Below the pieces are notes generated by a model. The model worked only from the letters and a program-made list of their open reading frames with translations. It made no database searches and was not told where the DNA came from. Shown piece after piece: positions 20,339-29,972 of a stretch of 64,000 nt of DNA (positions are counted from its first letter, which is position 1; every line of letters begins with the position of its first letter). Made by a program: the position numbers and the translations under genes. The stretch is from an uncultured virus (IMG/VR IMGVR_UViG_3300025061_000003). Its lineage: Duplodnaviria; Heunggongvirae; Uroviricota; Caudoviricetes. The DNA is taken from IMG/VR virus record IMGVR_UViG_3300025061_000003; one strand, given 5' to 3'.

Positions 20339-20406
20339 ATTTTTAAAAACTTTAAATAAAAAATAAATAATGCTATAATTATTATATCAATTATTTTTAA
20401 ATAGGA

Positions 20407-20604
20407 TTGAATATGAAAGCTTTGAAAGGCAAAATTGCCAAAAAATTTCTTTCAAATAAGAATGATAAAAAAATACTAAAAGATTTTTTAATTAGCAAAC
20501 AAGATGAAAAAGTTGTTACTGCATCTGATGGTAAGCGATATATTATCTCAAATCATCCTCTTTCAAAAAATGAAATTGAAAATTTATTCAATAGAGAAAA
20601 ATAA
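20407..20604 (+). CDS. small basic hypothetical protein
   Basis: AGGA SD and promoter; start may be ATG 20413. Confidence 0.6.
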   Translation: MNMKALKGKIAKKFLSNKNDKKILKDFLISKQDEKVVTASDGKRYIISNHPLSKNEIENLFNREK

Positions 20605-20671
20605 AAATATTTTTAATATTTAAATTAAAATAAAATAATGTTATATTACATATTAAAAGGATTTAATTATT

Positions 20672-21040
20672 ATGTTTTTATGGATTTCCATTATTATAGC
20701 AACTATTGCTATACAAATACCGAATATTTGGGCGATCAAAAAATTTGAAGAAGCACCTTCTCTTTTAACGGCATTTTATATTGGATTACTTTGTATTCCT
20801 TTTTCTATTATTTCAACAACCTGTTATAGCTACTTCTATGGATTTAGTTTTCAAAAATATAGTTATCCTATGATTGCTGTTTCTGTATATGGAATTAGTC
20901 TTTTAGTAGCCTTTTTAGTACAAACTTATATTTTAAAAACAAAAGAATTTATTATTGGAGACTTTATATCTATGTTTTTGATATTATCAGGTCTTTTAGT
21001 GATGATATATAGAGTTGAGGTAACAAAATTATTTTCTTAA
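20672..21040 (+). CDS. 4-TM membrane protein (possibly DMT/SMR-like)
   Basis: four hydrophobic segments in 122 aa. Confidence 0.6.
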   Translation: MFLWISIIIATIAIQIPNIWAIKKFEEAPSLLTAFYIGLLCIPFSIISTTCYSYFYGFSFQKYSYPMIAVSVYGISLLVAFLVQTYILKTKEFIIGDFISMFLILSGLLVMIYRVEVTKLFS

Positions 21041-21043
21041 AAT

Positions 21044-21117
21044 AAAAAAGGCTTTCCCACAACAGAAAGCCTTTTTTTAATACACAACTTAAAGTTAGGA
21101 GACAAATCCGAACTTCT
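21044..21117 (-). ncRNA. candidate ~74-nt small RNA
   Basis: Minus-strand TTGCAT-17-TATTAT promoter (21151-21123), no ORF, ends in terminator AGGCTTTC..GAAAGCCTTTTTT. Confidence 0.55.
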
Positions 21118-21234
21118 ATATAATAATATCAATATTCTTGGAGCTATGCAAGCTTTTTATTTGTCTTTTTTTGTTGTAATTTATTTTTCATTAATGTATA
21201 ATTATTACTCTTTTAATAGTTATGGATAAAATAT

Positions 21235-21393
21235 ATGTTTTATATATTGCTTATTATGGTTTCTGGATTTACTTTGGGATATGATTTTGCTTTTTGGCTT
21301 AATTTCATGATCGGGGTTTTGTTTTTTGCACGAGAAAATACAATTACAAAATGTATTCTTGCTTGGTTGGCGCTTCTTATATTTGTGGCGTAG
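21235..21393 (+). CDS. small hydrophobic membrane protein (52 aa), not in the ORF track
   Basis: MFYILLIMVSGFTLGYDFAFWLNFMIGVLFFARENTITKCILAWLALLIFVA; GGA SD and TATAAT upstream. Confidence 0.55.
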   Translation: MFYILLIMVSGFTLGYDFAFWLNFMIGVLFFARENTITKCILAWLALLIFVA

Positions 21394-21470
21394 CTAATTT
21401 TTTTATTTTAACTTTTCATAGTATAATATAATTATGTGAAAATAATTTTTCACAAAAAAATGGAAATATT

Positions 21471-21569
21471 ATGAAAAAAAGAAAATTAAATACTCAAAGA
21501 AAATTACGAAATACTGCTTTTCTTTATTTGAATAAAAAACAAGATAAACTATCTTTTAAATCTAAATAA
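21471..21569 (+). CDS. small basic peptide (32 aa), not in the ORF track
   Basis: MKKRKLNTQRKLRNTAFLYLNKKQDKLSFKSK; GGA SD. Confidence 0.4.
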   Translation: MKKRKLNTQRKLRNTAFLYLNKKQDKLSFKSK

Positions 21570-21581
21570 TAGGTAACTTTT

Positions 21582-22160
21582 ATGTCTCTAAATATTTTTA
21601 ACTTTTCTTTTGTAAAAGAAAAAATTCGTGAAAGAGAATTAAAAAAACTTCAACTTAACGAAGAAAATAAAAAATTACGTAGAGAAGAAAATTTAAAACG
21701 TTATTTTATTATTAAATCAATCAAAGAAAAATGGAAAAACAAAGACTATAAAGTTGTTAATGAAGCCTTCCATCATTATTCATTTAATATTGATAATATA
21801 GAACATGTATATGGAATTTCTGGTATTGTTGATTTTATTGATCTTAATTTACATTCAGAAGAAGAATTTTATCGGCTTCTTTGTCTTGATAATTTAGATT
21901 CGAAAGAATTAAAAGATTTAGGTGTTTCTATATATTTCACATCAGAAGGTTTATTTCTTGAATTAAAACATAATGATAAATTCTCTAATATAAATCAACT
22001 TTGGCTACATATTTATAAAGAATCTTTGAAAGAATGTTCTTTATATATTGCTTTTTACAATGCAATGAAATTATTTTCACCAGCACAATTTGATAAATTG
22101 AATAATACTGAAAGTTTTATTCATTATAGTAAAATAAATAAATCCATGAATAATTTTTAA
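21582..22160 (+). CDS. hypothetical protein, C-terminal SMNNF
   Basis: AGGT SD. Confidence 0.7.
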   Translation: MSLNIFNFSFVKEKIRERELKKLQLNEENKKLRREENLKRYFIIKSIKEKWKNKDYKVVNEAFHHYSFNIDNIEHVYGISGIVDFIDLNLHSEEEFYRLLCLDNLDSKELKDLGVSIYFTSEGLFLELKHNDKFSNINQLWLHIYKESLKECSLYIAFYNAMKLFSPAQFDKLNNTESFIHYSKINKSMNNF

Positions 22161-22232
22161 CAAAATTTTTTATTGCACTCTTAACCATTTCTTGCTATAA
22201 TATATTTTTAAATAATTAACAAAGAGGTTTTT

Positions 22233-22706
22233 ATGCCATTGATTGAAAATAGTTCTTGTAATCAATTTATTGATAAAACAACTGAAAATCGAAAAATACT
22301 TTTTACTAATAAAAAATTAGATTGTGGATTTTTAAGTAATTCTAATTTTAGCGTACAAAAGGTATTAGAGAACTCTTCAGAAGATTTTTTTGGCACAACT
22401 CATCTTGGTTCAATTTTAGAGTTTAAAAAAACAAAACATGCATATATTTATAGTCAATCTGATTACTTTATGGAAGCTGATACTATTCTTGATCTTAAAG
22501 AAATTAAAGATTTAGATATTGTAGATTCTGAAAATATTTATGTTCTTCCTTTAATTAAAGATAAGGACGTTGAATATAATGATATTTTAAAGAAAATTGG
22601 CATTAATAACATTTTACTTTTGTTTGATACAGAAGATCCTTTTATTTCTCTTTTCAATAAAGTACATGAAATACTAGGAAATAATCCAGAAGATTTTATT
22701 TATTGA
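22233..22706 (+). CDS. hypothetical protein
   Basis: TTGCAC..TATAAT promoter; GAGGT SD. Confidence 0.7.
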   Translation: MPLIENSSCNQFIDKTTENRKILFTNKKLDCGFLSNSNFSVQKVLENSSEDFFGTTHLGSILEFKKTKHAYIYSQSDYFMEADTILDLKEIKDLDIVDSENIYVLPLIKDKDVEYNDILKKIGINNILLLFDTEDPFISLFNKVHEILGNNPEDFIY

Positions 22707-22773
22707 TATTTTTTTTATTAAAAAAGTAAGTTATATTATTAAAGCTTACTTTTTATATTTATGAGGAACCTTT

Positions 22774-23478
22774 ATGTTAAGAATTTTAAAACCTGTTTAT
22801 CAAGAACTCGAATTCGGGGGAGCGGAAGAAGCTGCTTATCGTAGAAATTCGGCTGCTGTTATTAACTCTATCACTCAAGAGAGGCGAATATATGATGCTT
22901 TAATAAATATTGCAGAGGAACTAGATCAAAACAAACGTACTATTGAATATCACTTAACACAAGGAATTAATACTTATAATTACGATGAATTAATTAAATT
23001 AATTTATAAATTTGATAATAACAAAGTGCAAAACTTATTTCCTTATTTAACTTTTTCAAATATTAGAACACGAGAAACAACATTTAAAGGAAATAAATTA
23101 AATAAAACACTTTCTTTTGAGGTTACTGGTTATCGTTCTCAATTAAAAACTTTTCATGATTCTATATTGCATACTAATTTTGATCAAGAGTTTCCTTCAT
23201 ATATTGAAAAAGCAAATTTTAATATCAGTGAGATTATTAAAATATCTATCTCTAAAAAAGATTTTCAAAAACTAGAAGAAGAAGTTAAAGTTTTATCAAG
23301 ACTTCTATCAAAAACAAAAATAAATATTGATTATAATAAATCTAATTATTCTTCATTATTTAATTCTTTTTCAAAAAATTGTAATATTTTTATTGATATT
23401 AAAGGTGTAGAATGTGAACTTGAATATATCATAGAAAAATTATCAGAAAATTATTTGATAAATTTTATTCAATCTTAA
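22774..23478 (+). CDS. hypothetical protein
   Basis: GAGGA SD. Confidence 0.7.
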   Translation: MLRILKPVYQELEFGGAEEAAYRRNSAAVINSITQERRIYDALINIAEELDQNKRTIEYHLTQGINTYNYDELIKLIYKFDNNKVQNLFPYLTFSNIRTRETTFKGNKLNKTLSFEVTGYRSQLKTFHDSILHTNFDQEFPSYIEKANFNISEIIKISISKKDFQKLEEEVKVLSRLLSKTKINIDYNKSNYSSLFNSFSKNCNIFIDIKGVECELEYIIEKLSENYLINFIQS

Positions 23479-23578
23479 TATTTTATTAATTTATTTGGCT
23501 TAATAAATTATTAAGCCAAAATAAATTTGCTTTTTTCTTTTTATTTTTATATAATATTATCTCTTAATCAGTTCGGAG

Positions 23579-24739
23579 ATGATAATGCTATTACAATTTA
23601 CACATAATGTACTTTTTGAAAAATTAGTTCAATTAAAACAAAATCATCATCCTGTATTTGATTACAAGGATTATGAATTTAAAGGAAAAACATACCGTAT
23701 TTTTAACTATAACTTGGCTAACTATCCAAGCTTTAAACTTGATGCTGCGTTAGAATGTCGTGGTGTAACCTTTGAAATCGACTCAAAAGGTCAGTTTGTT
23801 GAATTAGTCTCTTTACCTATGCAAAAGTTTTTTAACTATCAAGAAAATCCTTTTACAGAAGGTCTTGAAGATGAAAAAATCTTGGTAGCTATGGATAAAC
23901 AAGACGGTTCTTTGATTTCTACTTTTCTTCATGAAGGTGAAGTTTATTTGAAATCAAAAGGTGCTTTTACTTCTCAACAAGCAGTTGATGCCAATGCTCT
24001 TTTAGATACATTGCCAGAACTTAAAACTGTTTTATTGAAATATGAACTTCTTGGTTATACTGTTAATCTTGAATATACTGCACCTGATAACCAAATTGTT
24101 TTGCAGTATCAAGATCCTAATTTGGCAATCTTGAATGTTCGTTGTCGTAAAACTGGTGAATATTTAAGCTTTGAAGATATTTCTGCACCGAAAGAACATA
24201 TTGTTGATTTTGCTACACAATATCATGGTATGACTTTACGTGAATTTGCTAAAATTGTTTTTGATTTAACTGAAATCGAAGGTTTTGTTGTTTTAACTGA
24301 ATCAGGTCAGTGGGTTAAATTTAAAACTGATTGGTATGTTCAACGACATAATACTGTAAGTAAGTTTTCTCCTTTTACTCGTAAAGGTAAAAAAGAAATC
24401 ATTATGTCAGTATTTAATGAAACAACTGATGATGTTCGTCAATTGTTTAATGGTAATAAATTTGCGCTTGACGTATTATCAATGGCAGAGCAATTTGTAG
24501 TTGATTATATGCAAGAACTTGAAAAAGATATTGATTCTTTCTTAGAGCAGTACGGTCATTTAGAAGGTCGATACTTTTTTGAAAAAGTAAATGAAGTACA
24601 TTTTGACGATAAAATTAAATGTCAGTGCATTTTACAATCTCGACAACAAAAAGTTGATATTAAAGCACAATTAATTAAAGCAGCGCATTCAAGCAAAATT
24701 GAACGATTTAATGCTCTTTTTGATAACTTGGAGGAATAG
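23579..24739 (+). CDS. T4 Rnl1-like RNA ligase
   Basis: YRIFNY, ECRG, KFFN, motif I KQDGSLI, EGFV, KFKTDWY. Confidence 0.9.
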   Translation: MIMLLQFTHNVLFEKLVQLKQNHHPVFDYKDYEFKGKTYRIFNYNLANYPSFKLDAALECRGVTFEIDSKGQFVELVSLPMQKFFNYQENPFTEGLEDEKILVAMDKQDGSLISTFLHEGEVYLKSKGAFTSQQAVDANALLDTLPELKTVLLKYELLGYTVNLEYTAPDNQIVLQYQDPNLAILNVRCRKTGEYLSFEDISAPKEHIVDFATQYHGMTLREFAKIVFDLTEIEGFVVLTESGQWVKFKTDWYVQRHNTVSKFSPFTRKGKKEIIMSVFNETTDDVRQLFNGNKFALDVLSMAEQFVVDYMQELEKDIDSFLEQYGHLEGRYFFEKVNEVHFDDKIKCQCILQSRQQKVDIKAQLIKAAHSSKIERFNALFDNLEE

Positions 24740-24764
24740 GCTTTAATTAAGTTTTATAAGATAT

Positions 24765-24791
24765 AAAAAAACCTGCTTCGGCAGGTTTTTT
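24765..24791. terminator. bidirectional terminator between convergent genes
   Basis: AAAAAACCTGC-TTCG-GCAGGTTTTTT. Confidence 0.9.
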
Positions 24792-24792
24792 G

Positions 24793-25581
24793 TTATTTAT
24801 CGTATGATTTTTTTTCTGATTTTAATATTTTTATTACATCTTCTTTTACTTCTTCTATTGTCATTTTATCAAAATTGTCTGAAATTAAACTTGAATTAAA
24901 AACTTCCATAAATCCATTAAATGAATAATTCATTTTTGTATAAATTATTATTAATTCTGTAAATGTATATTCATCCTCATAATATTTTATAAAACCTTCA
25001 TTTAAATCATTAATAAATATTTTTTCTTTTTGATTTGGTTTATCTTTGTTTTTTATTCTTAAAGTACCGTGTAAATCATAATAATAAGTACAATCAAATA
25101 ACTCAGATATACATTCTGCTACGATTTCATCGCTTGTATAATACCAATCTTCAATATCTTTAAAACTTAAATACTTTACTTCATATTTGTATTTTTCTGG
25201 ATATTTTTTATAATTCTTTAGAATATATTTACCTTCATTAACTTTTTTAAAATCTTTATGTTCAAAACCATATTCTAATTGATCTTTTTTATTAAAAACT
25301 TTTACAAGCCATTTATTAGGCATTTTTGCACAAATTTTAAATTTTAAGTTTTCATCTATATAATAGAAATCTTTATTTGTTAATGATTCAACTGGATTAT
25401 TTAAAAGATGTCTACGTCTTTGTAAATCTCTATATGAATTTAGCATATCAAGACTTCTTTCATAAATAATATGATATTTATCTTTTTTTAATTCTTTTAA
25501 TACAAATGCTGCTTCATTTTCTATTTTATTAATTGATACGATAGAACAATCTTCACCATAAACCTTTACTATATTTAACAT
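24793..25581 (-). CDS. hypothetical protein
   Basis: 262 aa minus-strand ORF with AAGGT SD. Confidence 0.7.
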   Translation of the reverse strand: MLNIVKVYGEDCSIVSINKIENEAAFVLKELKKDKYHIIYERSLDMLNSYRDLQRRRHLLNNPVESLTNKDFYYIDENLKFKICAKMPNKWLVKVFNKKDQLEYGFEHKDFKKVNEGKYILKNYKKYPEKYKYEVKYLSFKDIEDWYYTSDEIVAECISELFDCTYYYDLHGTLRIKNKDKPNQKEKIFINDLNEGFIKYYEDEYTFTELIIIYTKMNYSFNGFMEVFNSSLISDNFDKMTIEEVKEDVIKILKSEKKSYDK

Positions 25582-25760
25582 AAATAAACCTTATAATTTT
25601 TTTGATATTATAACATTTATACATTTTTTTATCAATTGATATTTTCTTTATTCATTGTAGAATAAATACTAATGGAGTGATAATTTTATTAAATATGTTG
25701 ATTCTTTTATTGTATTTTGATATTATTATGCTTCCTAGTTAACAAACAATTGGAAATATT

Positions 25761-26192
25761 ATGAAAACTTATTTAATTATTGCTATTTTATCTTTATTAA
25801 CTCTTTCAGGTTGCTCTACCACTCCACGCGACCCTGCTAAACCTACTGGTCGAATTATTGGTGAAGTTGTTCAAGTTGTTAAAGCACCAGATCGTTGTGA
25901 AGAAAAAGATAATTCATTTGTTCGTGGACTTGTTGGGGCTGGACTTGGTATAGCTGCTGGTAATCAAATCGGTGATGGTTCTGGTAAAAATTGGGCAAAA
26001 GGTATTGGTGCTATCGCTGGTTATGGTATTGGTAAGAGTGTTAATAGCGAAGATGATGACTTAACTGTTTGTAAAGATCGTGGCTATCTTATTACTATTA
26101 TTTATAAAGATAATTTTAATCAAAATCGTTATCATGAAAAACGTTTTAAACAACCTCGTAGAGTAGGTGAATTAATTGATTTTAAACTTTAA
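25761..26192 (+). CDS. glycine-zipper 2TM lipoprotein
   Basis: LSGC lipobox; GAGLGIAAGNQIGDGSG..GAIAGYGIG. Confidence 0.85.
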   Translation: MKTYLIIAILSLLTLSGCSTTPRDPAKPTGRIIGEVVQVVKAPDRCEEKDNSFVRGLVGAGLGIAAGNQIGDGSGKNWAKGIGAIAGYGIGKSVNSEDDDLTVCKDRGYLITIIYKDNFNQNRYHEKRFKQPRRVGELIDFKL

Positions 26193-26206
26193 GGAGTATT
26201 AAAAAA

Positions 26207-26395
26207 ATGACTGTTAGAAATCGTGTTTTGAAAATTCTTCAAAAACAACAAGATATTGACACCACTTCAAAAGAAGTGGCTGGTGTTGCAAAAGAACAAG
26301 GGCTTTTTATTTGTGATAAAACTGTCTCTTTCATTTTACGTCATTATGACAATCTTGAAAAGCGACTTTTTCAAATTGTAAGTTCTGTTGAGTAA
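26207..26395 (+). CDS. small hypothetical protein (possible HTH)
   Basis: AAGGAG SD; followed by a terminator at about 26412-26437. Confidence 0.65.
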   Translation: MTVRNRVLKILQKQQDIDTTSKEVAGVAKEQGLFICDKTVSFILRHYDNLEKRLFQIVSSVE

Positions 26396-26483
26396 CATAT
26401 ATATACATAATAAAGCCTTGTTTTCAAGGCTTTTTTTGTTTTTATTTACTTTATAAATTTTTCACTATATAATAAAAAAAAAG

Positions 26484-26918
26484 ATGGGGATTTTTATGAC
26501 AGCGACACCTTCAGTTATTGCTTCTTTTATTAAAAAACAAGAAGAAGAAAGTTCTAATGAATATAGATTTGAATATAATAGAAAATTTTTAATTTCTACT
26601 TGTGAATCTATTATTCAAGATATTGAAAAAGAAAAAGAAAAAAACATCAATGAAGCAATATCCAATGAGCTTTCTTATATTATTTCTGCAAATAATGGAT
26701 GGCTTAGACAGCTTTTCACATCTCTCAAAGAACCAGAAGATCCTGAATATGCAAAACATAAACTTTTAAACCAAGGTTTTGATAGTCCAATTTTACATTC
26801 AGAATTAGTATATTCAGAACAACTTCATGTTTGCTCTAATTTATTAAAACAATTAAATAAATTAAATACAAAAACTGCTTTTATTAATAAATATCAAAAA
26901 GATTTTTTAAATTTATGA
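26484..26918 (+). CDS. hypothetical protein
   Basis: ORF; start probably ATG 26496. Confidence 0.65.
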   Translation: MGIFMTATPSVIASFIKKQEEESSNEYRFEYNRKFLISTCESIIQDIEKEKEKNINEAISNELSYIISANNGWLRQLFTSLKEPEDPEYAKHKLLNQGFDSPILHSELVYSEQLHVCSNLLKQLNKLNTKTAFINKYQKDFLNL

Positions 26919-26949
26919 TATAATTGAAAAGTAAACAAAATATAAATAA

Positions 26950-27561
26950 ATGAGCATACTAACAAAAGAAGACATATATGAGGTTATTCCTAAAAAAATA
27001 ATTCATGATATTTTTGAAGACTTTGATTTAGAGCTTGAAGATGGAATTCATGGAGTTCATCATTGGGCAAGAGTTATAGAAAATGGACTTGAAATTGCAA
27101 GCCACAATGATGCTAACAAAAAAATTATAATAGCATTTGGATTTTTTCATGATTGTCAACGAGAAAATGATGGAGATGATCCAGAACACGGTTTTCGTGG
27201 TGGTGAGTTCATGGAAAAATATCGTGGAAAAATTAATTTAACTGACGAAGAATTTGATAAAGTTAAAATAGCTTGTGCTGGTCATACAAATGTATTACAT
27301 CACAATGATATTGATATTTCAACTTGTTGGGACGCTGATAGACTTGATTTATTTAGGGTAGGTATTTATCCTGAAGCGGAATACTTAAATAATGAAATAT
27401 CTAAACAAGATTACTTTATTGAAGAACGTTCTGAATTGGCTGAATATGAAGAAACTTTTGCTTGGTCGGAAGATTTAATTGAAGACGTATATTCATCTAA
27501 AATTACCAACTTTTTATCAAATATAATAAAAAAAGATAATGTTATAAAAAGAAAAATTTGA
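26950..27561 (+). CDS. HD-domain phosphohydrolase
   Basis: HGVHHWARV, FHDC, HG, DADRLDL. Confidence 0.85.
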   Translation: MSILTKEDIYEVIPKKIIHDIFEDFDLELEDGIHGVHHWARVIENGLEIASHNDANKKIIIAFGFFHDCQRENDGDDPEHGFRGGEFMEKYRGKINLTDEEFDKVKIACAGHTNVLHHNDIDISTCWDADRLDLFRVGIYPEAEYLNNEISKQDYFIEERSELAEYEETFAWSEDLIEDVYSSKITNFLSNIIKKDNVIKRKI

Positions 27562-27617
27562 TTTATAATTATCCTTTTGATAAAATACTATTTGTATTAA
27601 TTTTTAAGGATTTGACT

Positions 27618-28289
27618 ATGACTTTTCAAAAAGCACAAGATTTTTCATTTTCAAATCTTGTTGATAAAAATAAAATTAAATATAACAGAAATAAACCACT
27701 CTTAATATTAGATTTAGATGAAGTTGTTGTTCATGCAGTAACTTCTAAATATCCTATTATTGAAGCTTATAAAAAACCTGAATGGGTATCTTTTGAAAAA
27801 GCTAATTTAACAAACAATTTTCAAAATCTTTATTATCATTTTTTTATACGCAATGGATTTCATGAGTTTTATAATAGAATTAAAAAACATTATCAAGTTG
27901 GCGTTTGGAGTTCTTCTTCTTCTGATTATGTTTATAATATTATTGAAAATGTTTTTGATAATCCTGAAGAATTATCTTTTATTTGGTCACGAGAGAAAAC
28001 AGTTAAAGCCCCCTTAGATAAATATCAGCCAACTTCTAATTATAAATTTAAATATATTAAAGATCTTATTAAATTAAGAAGAAGAGGAATTTCTTTAAAA
28101 CAAACTGTAGTAGCTGACGATACTCCTTTGAAACTTGAAAGGCAATATGGTAATTTAATACCTATTAAACCTTATAAAGCAGATAACGATGATGATGTTT
28201 TTTATAAACTTTACCAATATCTAATTTCTCTTAAAGATGAAAACAATTTTAGAGAAATTGAGAAAAGATGGTGGTATGATGGACAATAA
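27618..28289 (+). CDS. HAD phosphatase, FCP1/NIF-like
   Basis: LILDLDEVVVH, VWSS, KDL, VADDTP; ATG 27618 after AAGGA. Confidence 0.8.
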   Translation: MTFQKAQDFSFSNLVDKNKIKYNRNKPLLILDLDEVVVHAVTSKYPIIEAYKKPEWVSFEKANLTNNFQNLYYHFFIRNGFHEFYNRIKKHYQVGVWSSSSSDYVYNIIENVFDNPEELSFIWSREKTVKAPLDKYQPTSNYKFKYIKDLIKLRRRGISLKQTVVADDTPLKLERQYGNLIPIKPYKADNDDDVFYKLYQYLISLKDENNFREIEKRWWYDGQ

Positions 28290-28794
28290 ATATACAAAAG
28301 TTATTTTTGAATTTAGAGAATATAATTACAAGGATATTGATTTTAATAATAATTCTTTAAATCCCCTTTCTATTTTCTGTTCTTTTTATAGTGATTTGAT
28401 ATTTCATCTTGAATCAACAGGAATTTATTTTTTAATTATTCATAACTACTTTAATCATAATTCAGATGTAGATCCTGTAAAAAATGATATTCAGCTTCTT
28501 AAATATTTTATAAAATCAATACGAGATATTAATGAAGAAATTAAATCAAAAGAACTTGATTTTTTTATTGATTATTTAAATCATATCTATAAAATAGATA
28601 TTAATTCTTTTATTCATAACACTTCAATTGATAAAGAACTAAGCAAAATTTCTTATTTTGAAAATATGTTTATGAATAAAAAAATTAAAATTGAAAAAGA
28701 TATTGCTTTTTTTATCTGTGAAAAGTATTATAATGAAGATATTAGGGATATTTTTCCTGAATTCCAAACTATTAAAAAACTTAATAAGTTTTAG
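28276..28794 (+). CDS. hypothetical protein, C-terminal KLNKF
   Basis: overlaps the upstream stop; start uncertain. Confidence 0.65.
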   Translation: MMDNKYTKVIFEFREYNYKDIDFNNNSLNPLSIFCSFYSDLIFHLESTGIYFLIIHNYFNHNSDVDPVKNDIQLLKYFIKSIRDINEEIKSKELDFFIDYLNHIYKIDINSFIHNTSIDKELSKISYFENMFMNKKIKIEKDIAFFICEKYYNEDIRDIFPEFQTIKKLNKF

Positions 28795-28940
28795 TTATCA
28801 AAAAATAGACAATTAATAATTTTTTTATATTTTTTGTTGACTTCTTTATTCAAGTAATAGTATAATAAATTTTGTTTCCTTAGAGGTAACAACAACTATA
28901 AAATTAACCTTAACTTAAATTAATATGACGGAGAAATCAT

Positions 28941-29222
28941 ATGAACGAACTTAAAACTATTTTAAAAACACATATTGCCAACCTTCTTGAAGAAGCTCAA
29001 AAAAGTGCGATGAATCCTGATAATTTTGAATCTCTTATGCCACACCCCGATTATCCACACTGTGAAACTTATGTCGTTGAACTCGTTGACTCTATTAAAG
29101 CTTCTTTTGAAGAAGTACACCTAAATGTATCTAAATCTGATCTTGTTAATATTTTTTATCGTTATAATGGCAATGTTAATGCTAATGAAGCACGACTCGA
29201 AGATATTATGAAACTTGCTTAA
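28941..29222 (+). CDS. hypothetical protein in its own promoter-terminator unit
   Basis: TTGACT..TATAAT, GGAG SD, terminator at about 29241-29272. Confidence 0.75.
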   Translation: MNELKTILKTHIANLLEEAQKSAMNPDNFESLMPHPDYPHCETYVVELVDSIKASFEEVHLNVSKSDLVNIFYRYNGNVNANEARLEDIMKLA

Positions 29223-29450
29223 TTTTTTCACAATTATTATAAAGCCTCGAATTATTTTCGGGGCTTTTTTTTATAGTTATTTATACCTATGTAATTATTT
29301 TTATACTTTGTGCTTTTTTTTAGCAATTTTATATACTTAAGTTTAATTTTCTATATTAAAATATAAAATTAAATATTATCCTTTTTTTATTAATTTACAT
29401 TGATAATTTTTTATTCTATAATCCTTATATAAATTACGGAGATTAAAAAA

Positions 29451-29852
29451 ATGTTAAAATTCAAAAAAATTACATTAATGGCAACACTTGGTTTAGCTAT
29501 GGGCTTTTCTTCTATTGCAAATGCTGATGTTAATGAAACTCTTGCTAACATCTGTACCATAGTGGAAGCAGATGATAAAGGTGAACTTAGAAAAAAAATG
29601 AGAACTGTAAATTCAGATTATCGTTTAAAACTTCGTGATTATTATAGTGGCATCACTTGCGGTGGGCAAAGCTTAATTAAATCTTCTTTTGATAATAACT
29701 CGATAGAAACTGGCACTTTACTTATCAAAAAAATGCCAAAAGAAGCACTAACAGCACCTGAACATGATAATCAAGGCACATTACTTGAATGGGCGACTGC
29801 TAATGCTAACAGTCCTGAGCTTCTTAAGGAATTAAAAGAAAGAATAGAATAA
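29451..29852 (+). CDS. DUF3718 secreted protein
   Basis: signal peptide; ICTIVEADDKGELRKK..LRDYYSGITCGGQSL pattern typical of DUF3718. Confidence 0.75.
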   Translation: MLKFKKITLMATLGLAMGFSSIANADVNETLANICTIVEADDKGELRKKMRTVNSDYRLKLRDYYSGITCGGQSLIKSSFDNNSIETGTLLIKKMPKEALTAPEHDNQGTLLEWATANANSPELLKELKERIE

Positions 29853-29869
29853 TTTAGAAAACTTTTTAT

Positions 29870-29897
29870 AAAACCACTTCTCTTGAAGTGGTTTTTT
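29870..29897 (+). terminator. intrinsic terminator
   Basis: AAAACCACTTC-TCTT-GAAGTGGTTTTTT. Confidence 0.85.
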
Positions 29898-29972
29898 CTT
29901 TTAATACTTTTCTTTTGATTTATTATTTGCTATAATACTTTTTTTATTTAAATAATTTTTTGGTGGATTTTT

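Noticed and set aside
23493..23521. Near-perfect palindrome ATTTGGCTTAATAAATTATTAAGCCAAAT
   Set aside because: Adequately explained as a terminator-like hairpin after ORF 22774; no second copy noticed
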